64,000 nucleotides of DNA from Psammoneis japonica. Its lineage: Eukaryota. Within the stretch, counting starts at the first letter, position 1. Every line of letters begins with the position of its first letter. The translations under genes and the position numbers were made by a program. Shown here one piece after another: positions 48,490-61,600 of this stretch. The stretch covers positions 310,001 to 374,000 of the forward strand of contig QPGO01000044.1 of NCBI GenBank assembly GCA_008632985.1. Direction: 5' to 3'. The notes beneath the pieces are model-generated. The model was not told the origin of the DNA. It ran no database searches and saw only the letters and a list, made by a program, of their open reading frames with translations.

Positions 48490-50665
48490 ATGCCAAGTCG
48501 TAAACGCTTCACCTCTGCGGAAAAACAAAACACTTCTCCCCGCAAAGGTGCTCATAAGAAAAAGGGTAAAGGAGTTAATGGTAAAGCAAAACCACCAGAA
48601 ACTACTTCCTCTGACTCAAACAAAACAAACAGCAAAACGACCGATCCGAAGGCAACGCCTCGTACAAATTCTACGCAAAACTCACGTGCCAAGGAAACCT
48701 CCCCCAACGATGGTGAATGGACAACAGCAACCACCGCCAAGATCGCTCCCGGCTCGGTAACTCCTTACCAATGTTCACCTCTAGCCCGTCATACACGCAG
48801 CAGATCCAAAGATCAACAGCATGAAGACAATCCAAAACAAGGCCTTCCCTCAATGTCTGTCACCGATGAAGACCATGTGGTTTCTGCCGATCTACAAACT
48901 CCATCAACAAAGAATGCCTCCGCTCCGTTGGAGGATTACGACGACCCCGAACTGGCTGACCCAGAAGTCTCTCAGACAGTCTTGTCTGAATCAATGGAAA
49001 CGTACAACACATCCTATGATGAAGAACAAGATGACATGAAAAATCCAGTTAGCGAGAATCACGTGGATTCCTCTTTTGACGCCGATCCAAATGATCAAGA
49101 CTCCGACGCAGATTTCCCAGTTGCGGATCCACCAACGACAGAGGAAGAGGACAACAATGATGGCAATGATGACGATGAAGAAGAAGGAAAAGAAGACGAA
49201 GAGGAAGAAACCCCTCTAGAAAAATGCTCATCCGACGACGACAAGTGCGACTCTACGAACAAAAAGAAAGAAAACGAAGACGAAGACGATGAAGATTGTG
49301 AAGTCGAAATGGAAGAATCCGGTGAGGAATTGGACGACGAATGCTTCGTGGAAACTGAAGAAGCAGACCCAATCTGGAACGAAATCAGACACAACGCGTG
49401 GTTGGCTCTTCAACCCACCAAAAAACCCTTTCAACAGGCTCAGCAAATTTTGGGACAGGCTCTCGAGATCACTCAAGAGGTGTCAGGCAAAAACGTGTGC
49501 ATCGGGACCTGGGATGAAGAACCAAGTGATGAATGCGGTGAATGGAAAACGGTGGACGACCTTCCAGAAGGCTCTGCGAAAGAAAGGATGAAGTTCAGCG
49601 TCATGCTTGGAACCGATTGCTTCAATCCAAGAGTCAACGATGAACACACGACTTGCTGCAAGATTCGGTTCCCAGCAGCAGGAGATGCCGATGCACCACT
49701 CCCAGAGTTTGGCAAAGCTCTACAAGGTGTGTTTGAAGACAACGAAAATGGTGGCTTCAGTGTCACACGGAACCCCATTCCATGCCAATCATGCCGAGTT
49801 GAATGCATCGGATGGTCATGTGGCAGCTCCAAAACAATGTCCGAGAACACGCTGCATGACGCGATTTGTGCAAGATTGGGTTTTGAAGATCATCCCGAAA
49901 AATTAGGAATCCAATGGCGCTCCATTGCAGGACCAGACGGCAAGCGCCCGAAATGCGACCCATCGGACCCAAAGAAAAATCCTCAGGCGCTACACATCGA
50001 TGTGGAGGAACACTCCGCTCATGAAGCAAGGATGGCAGCAGAAAGGCTCTGGCGAGCAGGCGCAAAGAAAAGGTGTCTCGGACTCACCATGCGATTCGTT
50101 CCATGCTGCACGTCAACCATGATGCAGTGCGCACCAGACGATGTGAGGAAGAACATCTCAGAGCTCGCTCAACGCCAACACCACTTTACGGAGCAAGTGC
50201 TCGGCCAAGTCGATTTTGGTTTCTTCAAAGACCTCGATGAACTTGTTGTCGACGAGAATGGGAAAAAATGGTCCCTGCGTCACTTTTTAATGCGCAAACG
50301 CGTTCAGGATCCAACGGCAGAAAAGAAAAAGTTCATTCCCCTCATCCACCATGTCGACACTAAGTGGAACCGTCCATCAGATCACGTGGTTACGTTCCCA
50401 AAGAAAAACTTTGCTGAAGCAATGGCAGAGTTGAACAGAGTTGTCCCGGAGACCTTGCACATCTTTGGTCAAGAAGCTGCCATGTGGTTCAAATCATCAG
50501 GTGTTGCCGCCTGTCGCACCACGGTCTATGACGCCGAGACAGGCAAGACCACGTCCTCTGAAAGTGCAACAATCTCGAAGATTATCCAAGATGATCCATG
50601 GGGGCTGGAAGAGGACTGGAAAACGAATGTCTCGACAAACAATGCTTCCAAACGTCAGAGTTCTC
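48490..50665 (+). mobile_element. Large acidic ORF, probably ORF1 of a diatom non-LTR retroelement, 3'-truncated and TpA-eroded
   Basis: Basic then acidic N-terminus and motifs IGWxxGS, LGIQWR, ALHIDV, MRFVP. Tyr almost vanishes after about 49020. It runs into antisense Copia sequence (ORF stop 50799). The family assignment is an inference. Confidence 0.5.
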
Positions 50666-53174
50666 AAAGCAAACCGTCTGTCCTCAGCAAGGATGTACAG
50701 TGGCGAATCGGAGCAGGGGTTGTCCTGAACCTTAACACCAAAGTGCCGCAGCTGGTTTGGGTTAACCAGCGAGTGCTCCATGGACTCCGGCATCCATGAG
50801 CCCTCGTGGAAGACCAGAATGAAAGTTGCTCCCGATGTCGGTGAAGTCCACACCGTGGCTGCCGAGACAATTGGGACACTCTTGATGGACTCGCATCCCT
50901 CGTTAAAAGGCGATGCATCACATTCTCGTCCAGGGTGACCCAAGAGGGTAAAGTTTTGACCAAAAACAGTGGTGTCAGCATGCGAATCCATTTCAAGACG
51001 CCCATGCTGTGCCTTGCTCACATCACGGATGTGGGTGATTCATGTGGTGTCAGACCGCGTTGCCGACACACGTCTCGTCGAGGCAACAACCTCACAGATG
51101 CGTTTGACACAGGCACGTGGACACTGCTCCTTTGATCGATGTGGCTGTCCCCCGCCCCATTGCAGCAACCACAACAAGAAGTTTATGATGCAACCAAGCA
51201 GGGTCCAGCTTGGCAGTCATTTCTGCTTTCCTCGGCGCTTTTCGCTGCGACCACCGAATGCGTCTCCGGCATTGTCTCCATCTCTGCCGCCAGCCCCTGA
51301 TTCATCATCGCCAGAATCGGCACTGACATTAGTGTTCAGGGCGGAGATTTTGCGGTTCGCTTCTTTAAGCTGCGACGACAGCTTCCGATTCTTCTTCTTG
51401 AGCGACTTGACGGATGCAGCACGGCGTTTGGTTGGTTTAGGTTGTTTGGCGACACCCAGACGCACGCGCTCGTCGACAACCTTCTGTTTGTCCTCCTCAC
51501 TCAACTGGTGCCAGTTTTTGTGGCATCCAGTGTCAATGGATCCATCCTCATTGTAAATGGTGCCACCCTCTCTTCCTCCTCCAGAGGCAACTGCGGCAAT
51601 CGCACGACGATGCGCAATCGTCTCTGGAAGGGTGGCGACTTTGGCGGCAAGATGATTGGCCGCTGTGGTGAACGTGATGCCTCCTCCAAACTCATTCTGC
51701 GCCTTCAAGGTTTCAACTGCTGCTTGTAGTGATTGGTGCTGCGTCTTCTCAAAAAGGATCCGCAACTTCTGGGCCTCCGTTTTCGGTTCGTCGTTCTCGT
51801 CAAAAATGTTGAACATTTCTTGGAGCTCATTTACAAACGACTCAAACGGCATGGCGCGTTCACTCTTGTAATGAAGGGTGTTCTCCATGCGCTCGGCTTC
51901 AGAGATGCGGCGGGAGGTGTCACCTTCTCCCTGGAAATGGTCGCACAACGCCCTAAAGTCAACTCGTCCGTTCTGTTCATTCTTGTGGTCCTTCAACCAT
52001 TGCTCACTGGGTGTGCCCGTGGTTGGGGACTCGATGAGCAGATGAGCCGTACGAGCGTCAGCCTCGAAAGCTGGGCCTTGGAGGGGTGCACATGCAATGC
52101 ACTTCTGGACGAAAGTGTTGTGGCCTTGAGGTTCGGGTGCATCGTTTTGACGAATGCAACACACCAACGGTGCGCCAGAAACTCCCAGCATGATGCCAAG
52201 CACATTCGTCAAACCAGTGCTCCACTTGACCCAATCCTTTTCGCTCTCTAACATTCCGGGCGACGCCTCTTTGCTAAGAGAGTCAGCAGTGGCCTTGGTC
52301 TGGGAGCGGATCTCGGCGCGACTAAGTGCCGTCTGGAGAGCAGCACGGAAAGTGGCTTGATCAAGCCCATCCAGAGTGGGATTCTCGCTCACGCGACCAA
52401 AGTCCTGAACCCAATGTATAAGAGCTTTGAGTCAACGACTGCGGGCCAAACCAAAATGAATGCGCCCTTCAGCAACCGTCCTCCTAGCGTACGAAGACGC
52501 AAGAGAATCGATGTCCTCTTCCTTGAGGTCTTCTAAATCGTCAAAAGACGCAAAGTCCGCCATGAGCGGGACTCGCTGAGCTGGATCAACAAATCCGATC
52601 CATTCGAGCACTGTCTCGATAGGATCCGGAGGAGCAGCCACCATGGTGGCACCTGTGCCAGTGGGAAAACAGAGTTATGTGAGAAATCATAAATTCAAAA
52701 GGATGTCTCAGTTTGTGTTGGCGATGACACACAGCCATCAGAAGCATGGAGACTGGCCATGTCTCCTCACTGCTCGTGCATTCACTGATGCCAGGCGATG
52801 ACAATCATCATACACCCTTCGATCGACTGGCATTCGTCGCCATAACCCTGCCACAATGGCACGACCGTCTCTTTGCAGTTGTTCAATGCTTTTCGTCAAA
52901 CCAAACTTGAGTTGACGACTTGGCTCTGACAAAGCGAGTAAATCTAGCTGCCGAACAGGCTCAGCCACTCACAGTCTTAGTACGATAACGCGAATACAAC
53001 CGATAAGATGCTTCTAGGCCTGTTACAACTACAACGGATGCAACAAGTGAGACCAATCGATGGTCATGGTCACTTTTCCACCGACACCACGTCACAGTCC
53101 CGCCACTTCAACTTATAGAGCGCACTAGACAGACTCTGATACATCGGATTTAATTCGGCATCAGACACCGAACA
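50665..53174 (-). mobile_element. Truncated Ty1/Copia (CoDi-like) LTR retrotransposon: LTR, gag, protease
   Basis: Gag 52644-51217 has one in-frame TGA at 52432-34. Protease LEMDSHADTTVFG and HSLVNPNQLRHFGVKVQDNP. No integrase or RT remains. Confidence 0.8.
53021..53174 (-). repeat. Putative 5' LTR of the Copia element
   Basis: TGTT...AACA termini and TATA-like CTATAAG on the minus strand, upstream of gag. There is no second copy in the window to confirm it. Confidence 0.4.
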
Positions 53175-53531
53175 CCGTTAAAAAAAAACATTTATTGGAA
53201 GAAATAATGTGAAATGTCCGAGATCAACGTTCCCACTATCTGCAATTCCCGAAACAAATCCGGCGAACAAAGGCACACAAGCCCACGAAAACAATAAACC
53301 TTTGGTAAGAAGACACTGTCACCCTTCCATGTCTCCTTGTTCCCAATGCGGAGTGACATCAATGCTACATAGTTCGCCGCAAATTTCATCTTCACCCACC
53401 GGAGCTGCGCGCACCCTTTGTTTCTCAGTCGTGCCAACCATGCCGTTGTAACTCATCTTGCTACACTCGATCTTTGACACCGTAAAGGTCATAGTTTTCT
53501 CTGGTTAGATAAATTGAGAAGGCAACAAAAG

Positions 53532-55330
53532 ATGCGGTTCGACGTTCTCTGCGTGCAGTTCTTGATGCTTGGCATTGGCCATCGACTCGTGCTGTCCACA
53601 GTTGCTGTATCGGTGGACGATCCTGAATTCAAAGAGAAAGCCGAAGACGCGATGCGCTCCATCTCAGAGGAGATGAACGGGATTCTCCCACATGGGCTGC
53701 TGCGTGCTCATAACAAGCTCACTACGTCACAGAAAGCCCTACAAGATAGTCGAAATTTGATGGTAGATGGACAATGGATGCAAGTTGGAAATGATATTGA
53801 TGGAGAAGCATCAAATGACGAGGCAGGTTCGGCAGTGGTCATGTCAATGGATGGGACACGAATTGCGGTTGGTGCGCGTTACAACGACGACAAATACACA
53901 AATGGCGGCCACGTTCGCATCTTTGAGCTGGAGGGATCCATGTGGAAACAGCTTGGCGGTGCTATTGAGCCCCGTGGCAAAAACATGTTTGCCCTAGAGG
54001 GTTATGGCTCTACTAAAATGGCCATGTCTGGAAACGGGCAAAGGTTTGTGATTGGATCACCAGGTTTTTCTCCCGGCACATCAACAATGCGGGATACGTG
54101 AGCATTTACGATTGGAATGGAAATAGTTGGAGGAGGACAGTCATCGATGGGACTAATGCTTTTGAAAGAAAGGGACTGGACGTGACGTTGTCAGACGATG
54201 GTCGCCGCATGGGATTGCTTACCAACAAGTGGGCTGAAATCTACGAGAGAAATGGGCGGGATTGGAGCATTATTGGTAAAATTGGCGCTTTAAGCAGACT
54301 CCCATCCGGACTAAACAGTGGCACAATTGTTCTTTCTGGCAGCGGAGAGCATGTTGCTATTGCAGATTTGTCTGGTGCTCGTTCCTTTGGCGTTCAAGTC
54401 TTTGAGTACAAAGAAAGCACTTGGACACAACAAGGCTCAAATATTCCAGGTTTCCTCACCAAACATGCATGTCTATCATTCAATGGAGATCGAGTAGCGG
54501 TGTTTGACACAAATTCCATGGTTAATCCCCGCCCGGGATTTGTTCGCGTGTATGATTGGAACGGGAGCTCTTGGAAACAAACAGGAAACGACATAGTTGC
54601 TGATGGCTTGGAGTCCCTGTCAATGTCAAGTGATGGTCGCCGCCTCGTGATTGGTCGCCTCTATCCTGGTATCGCCCGAGTTTATGAGCAGGTTGACTTG
54701 TCTTGGGTACAAGTTGGCACTGACTTGCTTCCTGAGGCAGAAAATGATTGGTTTGGGAATGCAGTTGCTATTTCAGGCCAAGGCGAATATGTTGCTGTCG
54801 GAGCACCACGCAATGATGGCGTCAATGGCAGCTTCTCTGGTCACGCCCGCGTCTTCCGATTTGAAACAGGCTCCTCCAAAAAGTTTCCGGAAGATTTCAA
54901 CAAGGTCACGTGTGCCTACTCTACATGTCTTGATGAGTTGCTCGATGAGTACGACAGCAGCATCAATTTTGGCAGCTCGAAGAAGGCGTATGCCACCTCC
55001 AGGCGAAAGGCGGTGTACTCTAGAGAAATACTTGCCAACGGAGGCAAGGTGATTGCATCCATAGAGAGAATGAAACAAGCCATGAAATGGATTGAGGAAC
55101 TTAAAAGTACGTATCCTGAATTTTCCAATAATATCGGAATGGCCGCGAGTACGTGCACACTTGACTTTGCAAGCGATTTCATCGCGGCCTTCCGTGGCAT
55201 CGGCATTCTGGATGATACGCTTCTTGATGATCTGATTGATACAAGACTGGAGGCGTCTAAAAAGGACAGACAAAAGAACGGTATAAGCTCAGCGTCTGGA
55301 ACAGCAAGGGAGCTATTCGGAAACTTATGA
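53532..55330 (+). CDS. Secreted FG-GAP/integrin-alpha-like beta-propeller repeat protein
   Basis: Signal peptide and repeats WxQxGxDI.G..D..G.AV..S.DG.R.AVGA..ND...GH.R.F. Frameshift near 54065 (GSPGF..NAGYVSIYDW). Confidence 0.75.
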
Positions 55331-55699
55331 AGGAATTGGACGAGACCTCTGTTCCACCGTGTATAGCCTAGCTGAAGGATGCGATGCACACTATTGATAC
55401 ATCCTGTTGGACATACGGTAGGCGAAGCTCCGTGAAGTTGTCCGGGAGGAGTTGTTCATCTAATGAAAACTGTACTCAACCCGCAAAATAAGACCTATGT
55501 CTACTAGCTAAAGCAGAGAGTAGAGCCTACCCAAACGGACGAACGAAGGTATTAAGAAGTTTCAATAGAGGTCTCATTTTGTTAGACACTTTTGTCCCCT
55601 CCTCTCTAGCTACGTGTGCAACAACTCAACTCCTGCCTGTCAATCACGCTCTAGCTACTAGCTGTAGAGATAAGCTCTGTGTACACCAGTGAACTCAGC

Positions 55700-58600
55700 G
55701 ACTCTAAGTTGCACTGTAGATCGTAGCATACGTCGAAGCCTGATTGTCGCCACCACACCGATGGGCACTTTGCTTGTCAGAGAAAAGGTACGATGTGATG
55801 ATGGCCGCTCTAACTGGCCGAGCGTTCAGTGGATCCAGTCTTCAGGACCCAATGTCACTGCCGTGGAGCAGAAACTGATGCCTCCTGGAGGCCCTTCAGC
55901 TGATGATCTCAATGGAGGAGAAGGTCCAGAGTCAGGTTTTGTTGACAACACGGAGGAGGATCGTCTCCACTGAATTCCACCAACTGCAGACACTTCTCAC
56001 AAACTTGAGGGCATTCTCCTAGAACCACATGTGTGCCCCTGTGTTTTTTTCTCTTGCTGGAAACAACTGTGTCCACCATCTTGTCATTCCATGTAGCCAG
56101 GAACCTGTCCTTTCTTGTGGAAGCTGCTCCTTTGGCATGTCCTGCCTTTCCCTTCTTCTTGATGGGGCTTGATCTTGTCCTTCTTTCCACCTGGCTTTCA
56201 TCACATGAAAAAAGCAAGTGAGGCAACATGTGCAACCTTCCCAATGTGTCCATCAGCAATGGCAGTGTTGAGTTTTCTCAGCATGCTGGTGCAGATTTGT
56301 TGCTCTGCATGAAACCATCATGAACACAAAGAGAAAAGTCCGCCCCAGACATTTTTTGCCATGCAAGGACATGTTGCCAACAGCACTCTGCAATTCATCT
56401 TGCTTGATCCCATCCTCTGTGCACCAAAGATCCCCCAGCCTCATAGATGCAAGTGCAGCTGTGACCACTTTCTTGAAATTGAACAAGCAAAACACTCTTT
56501 CCATCTTTGATGACCCACAGCCATGACCACAACTGAAAGAAGCAGGTTTTCCCAGAACCAGGAGGACCTGTTGTTGTGCAAAGCATTGTCTTGTTAGATT
56601 TTTTCCAGAACTCCTCCGTGACCACCACCTTCTTAAGATGCACCAAGACTCTGCAAACAAATGGAGCTGCGCCCCATTTCTTCCTTGGTTTGTGGAATGT
56701 TGCTGACATGGAGCCTGCTCCATTCACGGGCAATTTCTTGTTTGCATTTGCTGGGGCTGCAGGTCTGTTGTTTGCAGTTTGAGGTGAGCTGGAGACTTGG
56801 AGTTGACAGTGATTGAGTGTGTTGTGGTGTGTTGTGGGTTGTGAGAGAGCCGCGTCATGCCAGATTTTGTGGGGGGGGGCTCTGCGTGCAAAACGCACAT
56901 TGCATGAGCACAAACAAAGGACCTTCACCAGCCCAGATGGTCTGGCCCTCTGTCTCCCAGTCCCTTGCTCATTGCATCTTGTTGGTTCTCAAGGTGGCAC
57001 GGGTGCAAAAGTGGGCCAGATTCTGTGTGCGCAAAGCCCAGCGTGTTTTCTGCACAAATCCCTTGCCAACTTCAACCCTCTCCAGGATGAAGACACCAAA
57101 AGGCCTGGTCTGGGAGATTTGGCATGAGGAGGTGACATGGCCTTGTTGCTTGCAAAGCACCACAAGTGTGTCTGCACCAATGTTGTCCAGATTGGGTTGC
57201 TTCTTGAGAGTCCAGCCTGCTTGGACAGCTGCCTTGCAAGTGCTGCCATTGTTGGGAATGAGGGTTTTGCATTTCTTGGGCCTGCTCTGTCTCAGCTTGA
57301 CAGGTGCTGCAGGATCTGTGGGCAAATCATCTGCTTCAGAGGTCAAAGGCACTGAATTGGCAGCCGCAGCTGCAGAAGCAGGCTTTTTTGCACAGCAGCA
57401 GCAGCAACCAGTTCATCAGAAGTGACTTTTTCCTCTGCTTCTGATTCTTTTGGATGACACAAAAAGTTCAGCATGACTCCATCTGTCCACCGATTTCTTG
57501 GGGAGCAGCATTTTCAACTCTTGAGAAACCTTCTGAGTGGCAGCTTCTGCAACCAACATCCACTGAACTGTGGGTTGTTGCTTGGCACCAGCTTGTGGTT
57601 TGGGGACAGGCGTGGACTCTGCTTGGTGTGGTGAGTCGGCAACAGCACTGTGATGAGAGACCTGGACAGAATCGGCGTTTGCTTCTGGCCTGTCTTTCAC
57701 CTTTTTGTTGGCTTGGGTGCATGTGACGACGGGACATGCTTGGGCATGGATCCCTTGAGAGACTGCAACTTCCTGTGTCCCATGAAGTTGTTGTGCTGGC
57801 ATTGGGCAGCCCCCCCCCTGCCTTGCACTGGTGCAAAAAATCTGCAGAATTGATGCAGTTGTCCTCACACGCCACATTTTTCACCACGCACTTTGCGCAC
57901 CAGGCAAGAACCAGAAGGGAAGGCTGAGAACAACCCTTGTTGTTGTTGCAAGTGCATGCTTCACACTCAATTGACACCTTTCCCTTTCCCCCAAGGATTT
58001 GTCAAGAGCCAGCACGCACCTTGCATTTTCTTTTCTCTTTTGATTTGTGGGAGTGACAGCCTGGATGATGCAAACAATGCACCCATGTGTGCAGTGCAAG
58101 GAGCTCAGGGAAATGGATTTGGAAAAGAAGCTCCATTTTGCATTTGCACAGAAAATGGCCAGGTTAAATGTGGCAGTCTTTGGCAGCTTCAACACGTGTG
58201 CAGGAATGCTCCCTCAACGTGTGGTTTGGATTGGCCCCGCCAAAATGGCATTGACCCTTTGCCAGCTCCCCTTTTGAGCTGATCTCAACAGGCTGTGCGT
58301 GCCATGGCTCTTGATTTAGAAACCAATCAAAGACAGCTGTGGAAGGGAACAGAGTGTGTGTTTGACATGCCACAGCACCTGCTGCATCTGGGAAGACCGC
58401 CAGTCTTCTGCCAGTGTTTCTTGACAGTGCCAAAAGTGCCCAAACCGAATCTTGCCTGGGTGTGTCCTTTTTGCACTGCATCTGTTTGCTGAGCAATGGG
58501 AGTGACTGGTGAGATGCACATGGAAGAATGTGGTGCAGCATTTGTGCCACAGTGCCTGGTCAAGTTTCTCAACAATGAGTGTGGTGCGGTCCATCCTAAT

Positions 58601-61600
58601 GTGACGACTGCTCCAGTTGTTGAAGATGTCCAAAGAGACATGGAAAACTTGCTCAAACAATGTGCGCCAGGAGGCAGATTCCTCATCCACATTGACAAGC
58701 ATCAGAAAATGACAAGTGGCCTGGATCAAGAGAAGGCAGCTGTTCCACCAACAAGGTGCTGTTCAAACCTTGGTGGAGATTCCTTGCATTGTTGTTGTTG
58801 CTGTGCACACAATGCTTCTCATGGAGATTGATGCTGCTGGGAGCCTCAATGCATGCCATCACCCACTTGCTGTCCCATTGCTTGACATTGATGCAATGGC
58901 CAAGATGTTGACAGAGTTTGACGCGCAGCTCCCTGGAAGGGGCTTGACGACCACTGAATCCAGTCTCCTGTCATCTGTGTGCTTTTGCCTTGCCCAGAAG
59001 ACATCAAGTGTTGCGCTCTTGTTTCTTCATGGTGTTGATCAGGCAAACAAGATGGAGTCACTTTTAAGTGAAACTTTGTGCATGCCATGCAATCTGCACA
59101 AGACATGAAGAACTGCCTCCAGAAACTTCTTTCCACAGCACAATTGAACGTGTTGTTGCAAAAGGAAAAGACAATGTCTGCAGAGGCTGCAAAGTTGCCA
59201 TGTGGTGTCCCTGAATTGAAGTGGGATTCTGGTTTGGTTGAGCATCAAGTCAGGGACATGCTCCTTGCTCCTGCTGGCTGTGTGACAACTTGAATGGATT
59301 CCTTGTTGCAGATGCGTGATTCAACATGTGAGGCATTTCACTTTGGAAGGGATCATTTTAATAAGATCATGCACAGTCACGACCATTCTCTTTTGTCTTC
59401 CACTCCAATTGAGGCAGCGCATGCATGGGTGCTTTCTGTTTGCTCTGTGATGCAAGGCGAGACAGACTTTGGTGCACACACATTCTGTGCAGAATGTGAG
59501 CACTTGTCTGGTGGGCGGCTTTTCACAAAGGGTTTTAAGGAAGATTTTGAACAATGGCACAACAAACTGGAAGTGAACACATTCCACTTTGCACTGGAAG
59601 GTCCCAACACAAGCCATGGGCAAGATCACCCCCTTTGTGACCTGTTCTTAAAGACAGGGGATGACTGTTTGGTTCTGGTTGATTTTGCTGCTTTTGATGA
59701 TGCCAAGTTTGCAACAAAGCAGCCCAACAAGCTGCCCATGGGAATGAAAAGAAATTGCATGATTAATTTTGTCAAGACTTGGAAAGGGAAGTGCAACCAG
59801 ATGGGTGTGCCACACTCAATGGTGTTGTTCTTGCACTGTTCAATGCTGCCAATTTTGATGAGACAAAATTTGATGGGAACTCTGTTTCAATTGTCTGTGG
59901 AGCCAAAGCCACATGTGTCATTGTGCTTGAATTGAAGCAAGTTGCTGAAGGTGCTCCAGCAGTGGCTTTCACAGCCAAATCTCACAAGCAGCTGGTGCGG
60001 CATGTTGGAATCAGGCTGCAGATGGAGGCTGCGGGACAAAAGCAGCCTGTTGCTGGGTTTGTCATCATTGTGTGCAACCATGGCACATCTTATGTTGTGC
60101 AAAAGCTGCATGGATCATGGTTGATTTCTGCTTGCTCTGCATTCAAAACTTCCATGTCAAAGGAAGAGGAAGCAAATCTCGTCCTGGAACAAGCTCCTGA
60201 CATGCTGGACAAGATTTGAGATCAAATTCAGAGATTAGATTCCATTTTTAGTCCAACACCTGGCAGCAAATTTCACAGGAACAAGCTGTTGACATGATCA
60301 TCTACGTGGTGTTGAGTGTTTTGGCCTTTCTCAATGTCTGTGTGGATGAAATGTGCGTGGTGCTCCACTTTGTTGATGCGATTCATGATGTCATCATCCG
60401 CCAATGATTTCTTTTTGAATTCGTTTCTTTCAGCCTTTCTGTTCTTGCCTTGGTTTTGATTCAGGCCGACCAAGATGAGTGTGACTTTGGTGATTGGTGG
60501 CTCTGGTGAAGGCTGTCTGCTGACAGAAGAGCTGTGTCTCCAACTCAGCTTCATGCCAGACAGTTTGCGTGTCATTTGGCATCCATGGTTGAGGTGGCCA
60601 TGGTTGCCAATGTGGCTTCATCTTTGCCAGCCACTGTTTTGTTGCGTTTGGCACAGTCTGAGAGTTTGAAAAAGTCTGTCACTTCATTTGCAGGGGCATG
60701 TGGCTCTTTGGCCATTGTCATCATCATCGTTGTCACCAGCGAACCTCTTGCACTTGACTGGTTGTTCTCAGGTGGCCAATCAGACTTGACAAATTTTAGA
60801 TGTTTTGGCATTTTGTCTTTCCACACTTCACCAAGCTTCTCTGCTGCTGCACTGCTGGCTTGCTTGTTGTCTGACAGCTCTGGTGAGCTGCCAGCAACTG
60901 ACAATTGTCTTTGAAGAGAGCCAACACATCGTGCATGTGTGCCTTGCTTGCTTTCCCCTCAGATCAGGTGATGCACCTCTTCAATCACCGCGGGATCATT
61001 GGCATTCCTGTTCCATGCTTGTGGCAATGATGAACAACAGGCTGTTGTTCTCTGAAACAAAAAACAGCTTGCACTTTGCAGCCATGCATCCATTGCAGTC
61101 ATGCATTTGATGTGGTTGTGACGGGTGGGCTCCTTTGCTGTCTCACCGACATGATGATTGTGCACCTCCTGCCACAAATTGGAAACCCCCTTGTGAAATT
61201 CAGTCCAATGGATGTTTCCCAGAGCTCTCACTCATTGTCCATCTTTGCCACCTTCATTGCCCACCTGGGCAATCAAGGTGACGTTTGCTGTCCCACCATT
61301 TGATGGTGAAAGTCATTGCCTTTGTGGCAAAGTGCAGGAAATCATGCTCCCAGACCAGTTTTTAGACACTTGAGTCCTTGTTTTGCAGGGGGTGGTGGAT
61401 TCATCATTTGTGACAATGATTGAGTGCCAAATGTTGGATGTCAATGCATGATTTTGGTGACCACCAGTGACCCCCAAAGTCTTGTGTCATGAGGAAGCAG
61501 CACCCCCAATCAAAAAACTTGTCTTTGACAAAAAGACAGTCAAGTCACAGTTCATGGCCCTTGTCAAGACCATGCACAAGCAAGGGTGTGAGCAAAGCAC

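Noticed and set aside
53133..53143. CTCTGATACA resembling a Met-tRNA primer-binding site
   Set aside because: Imperfect match lying inside the putative LTR rather than just after it.
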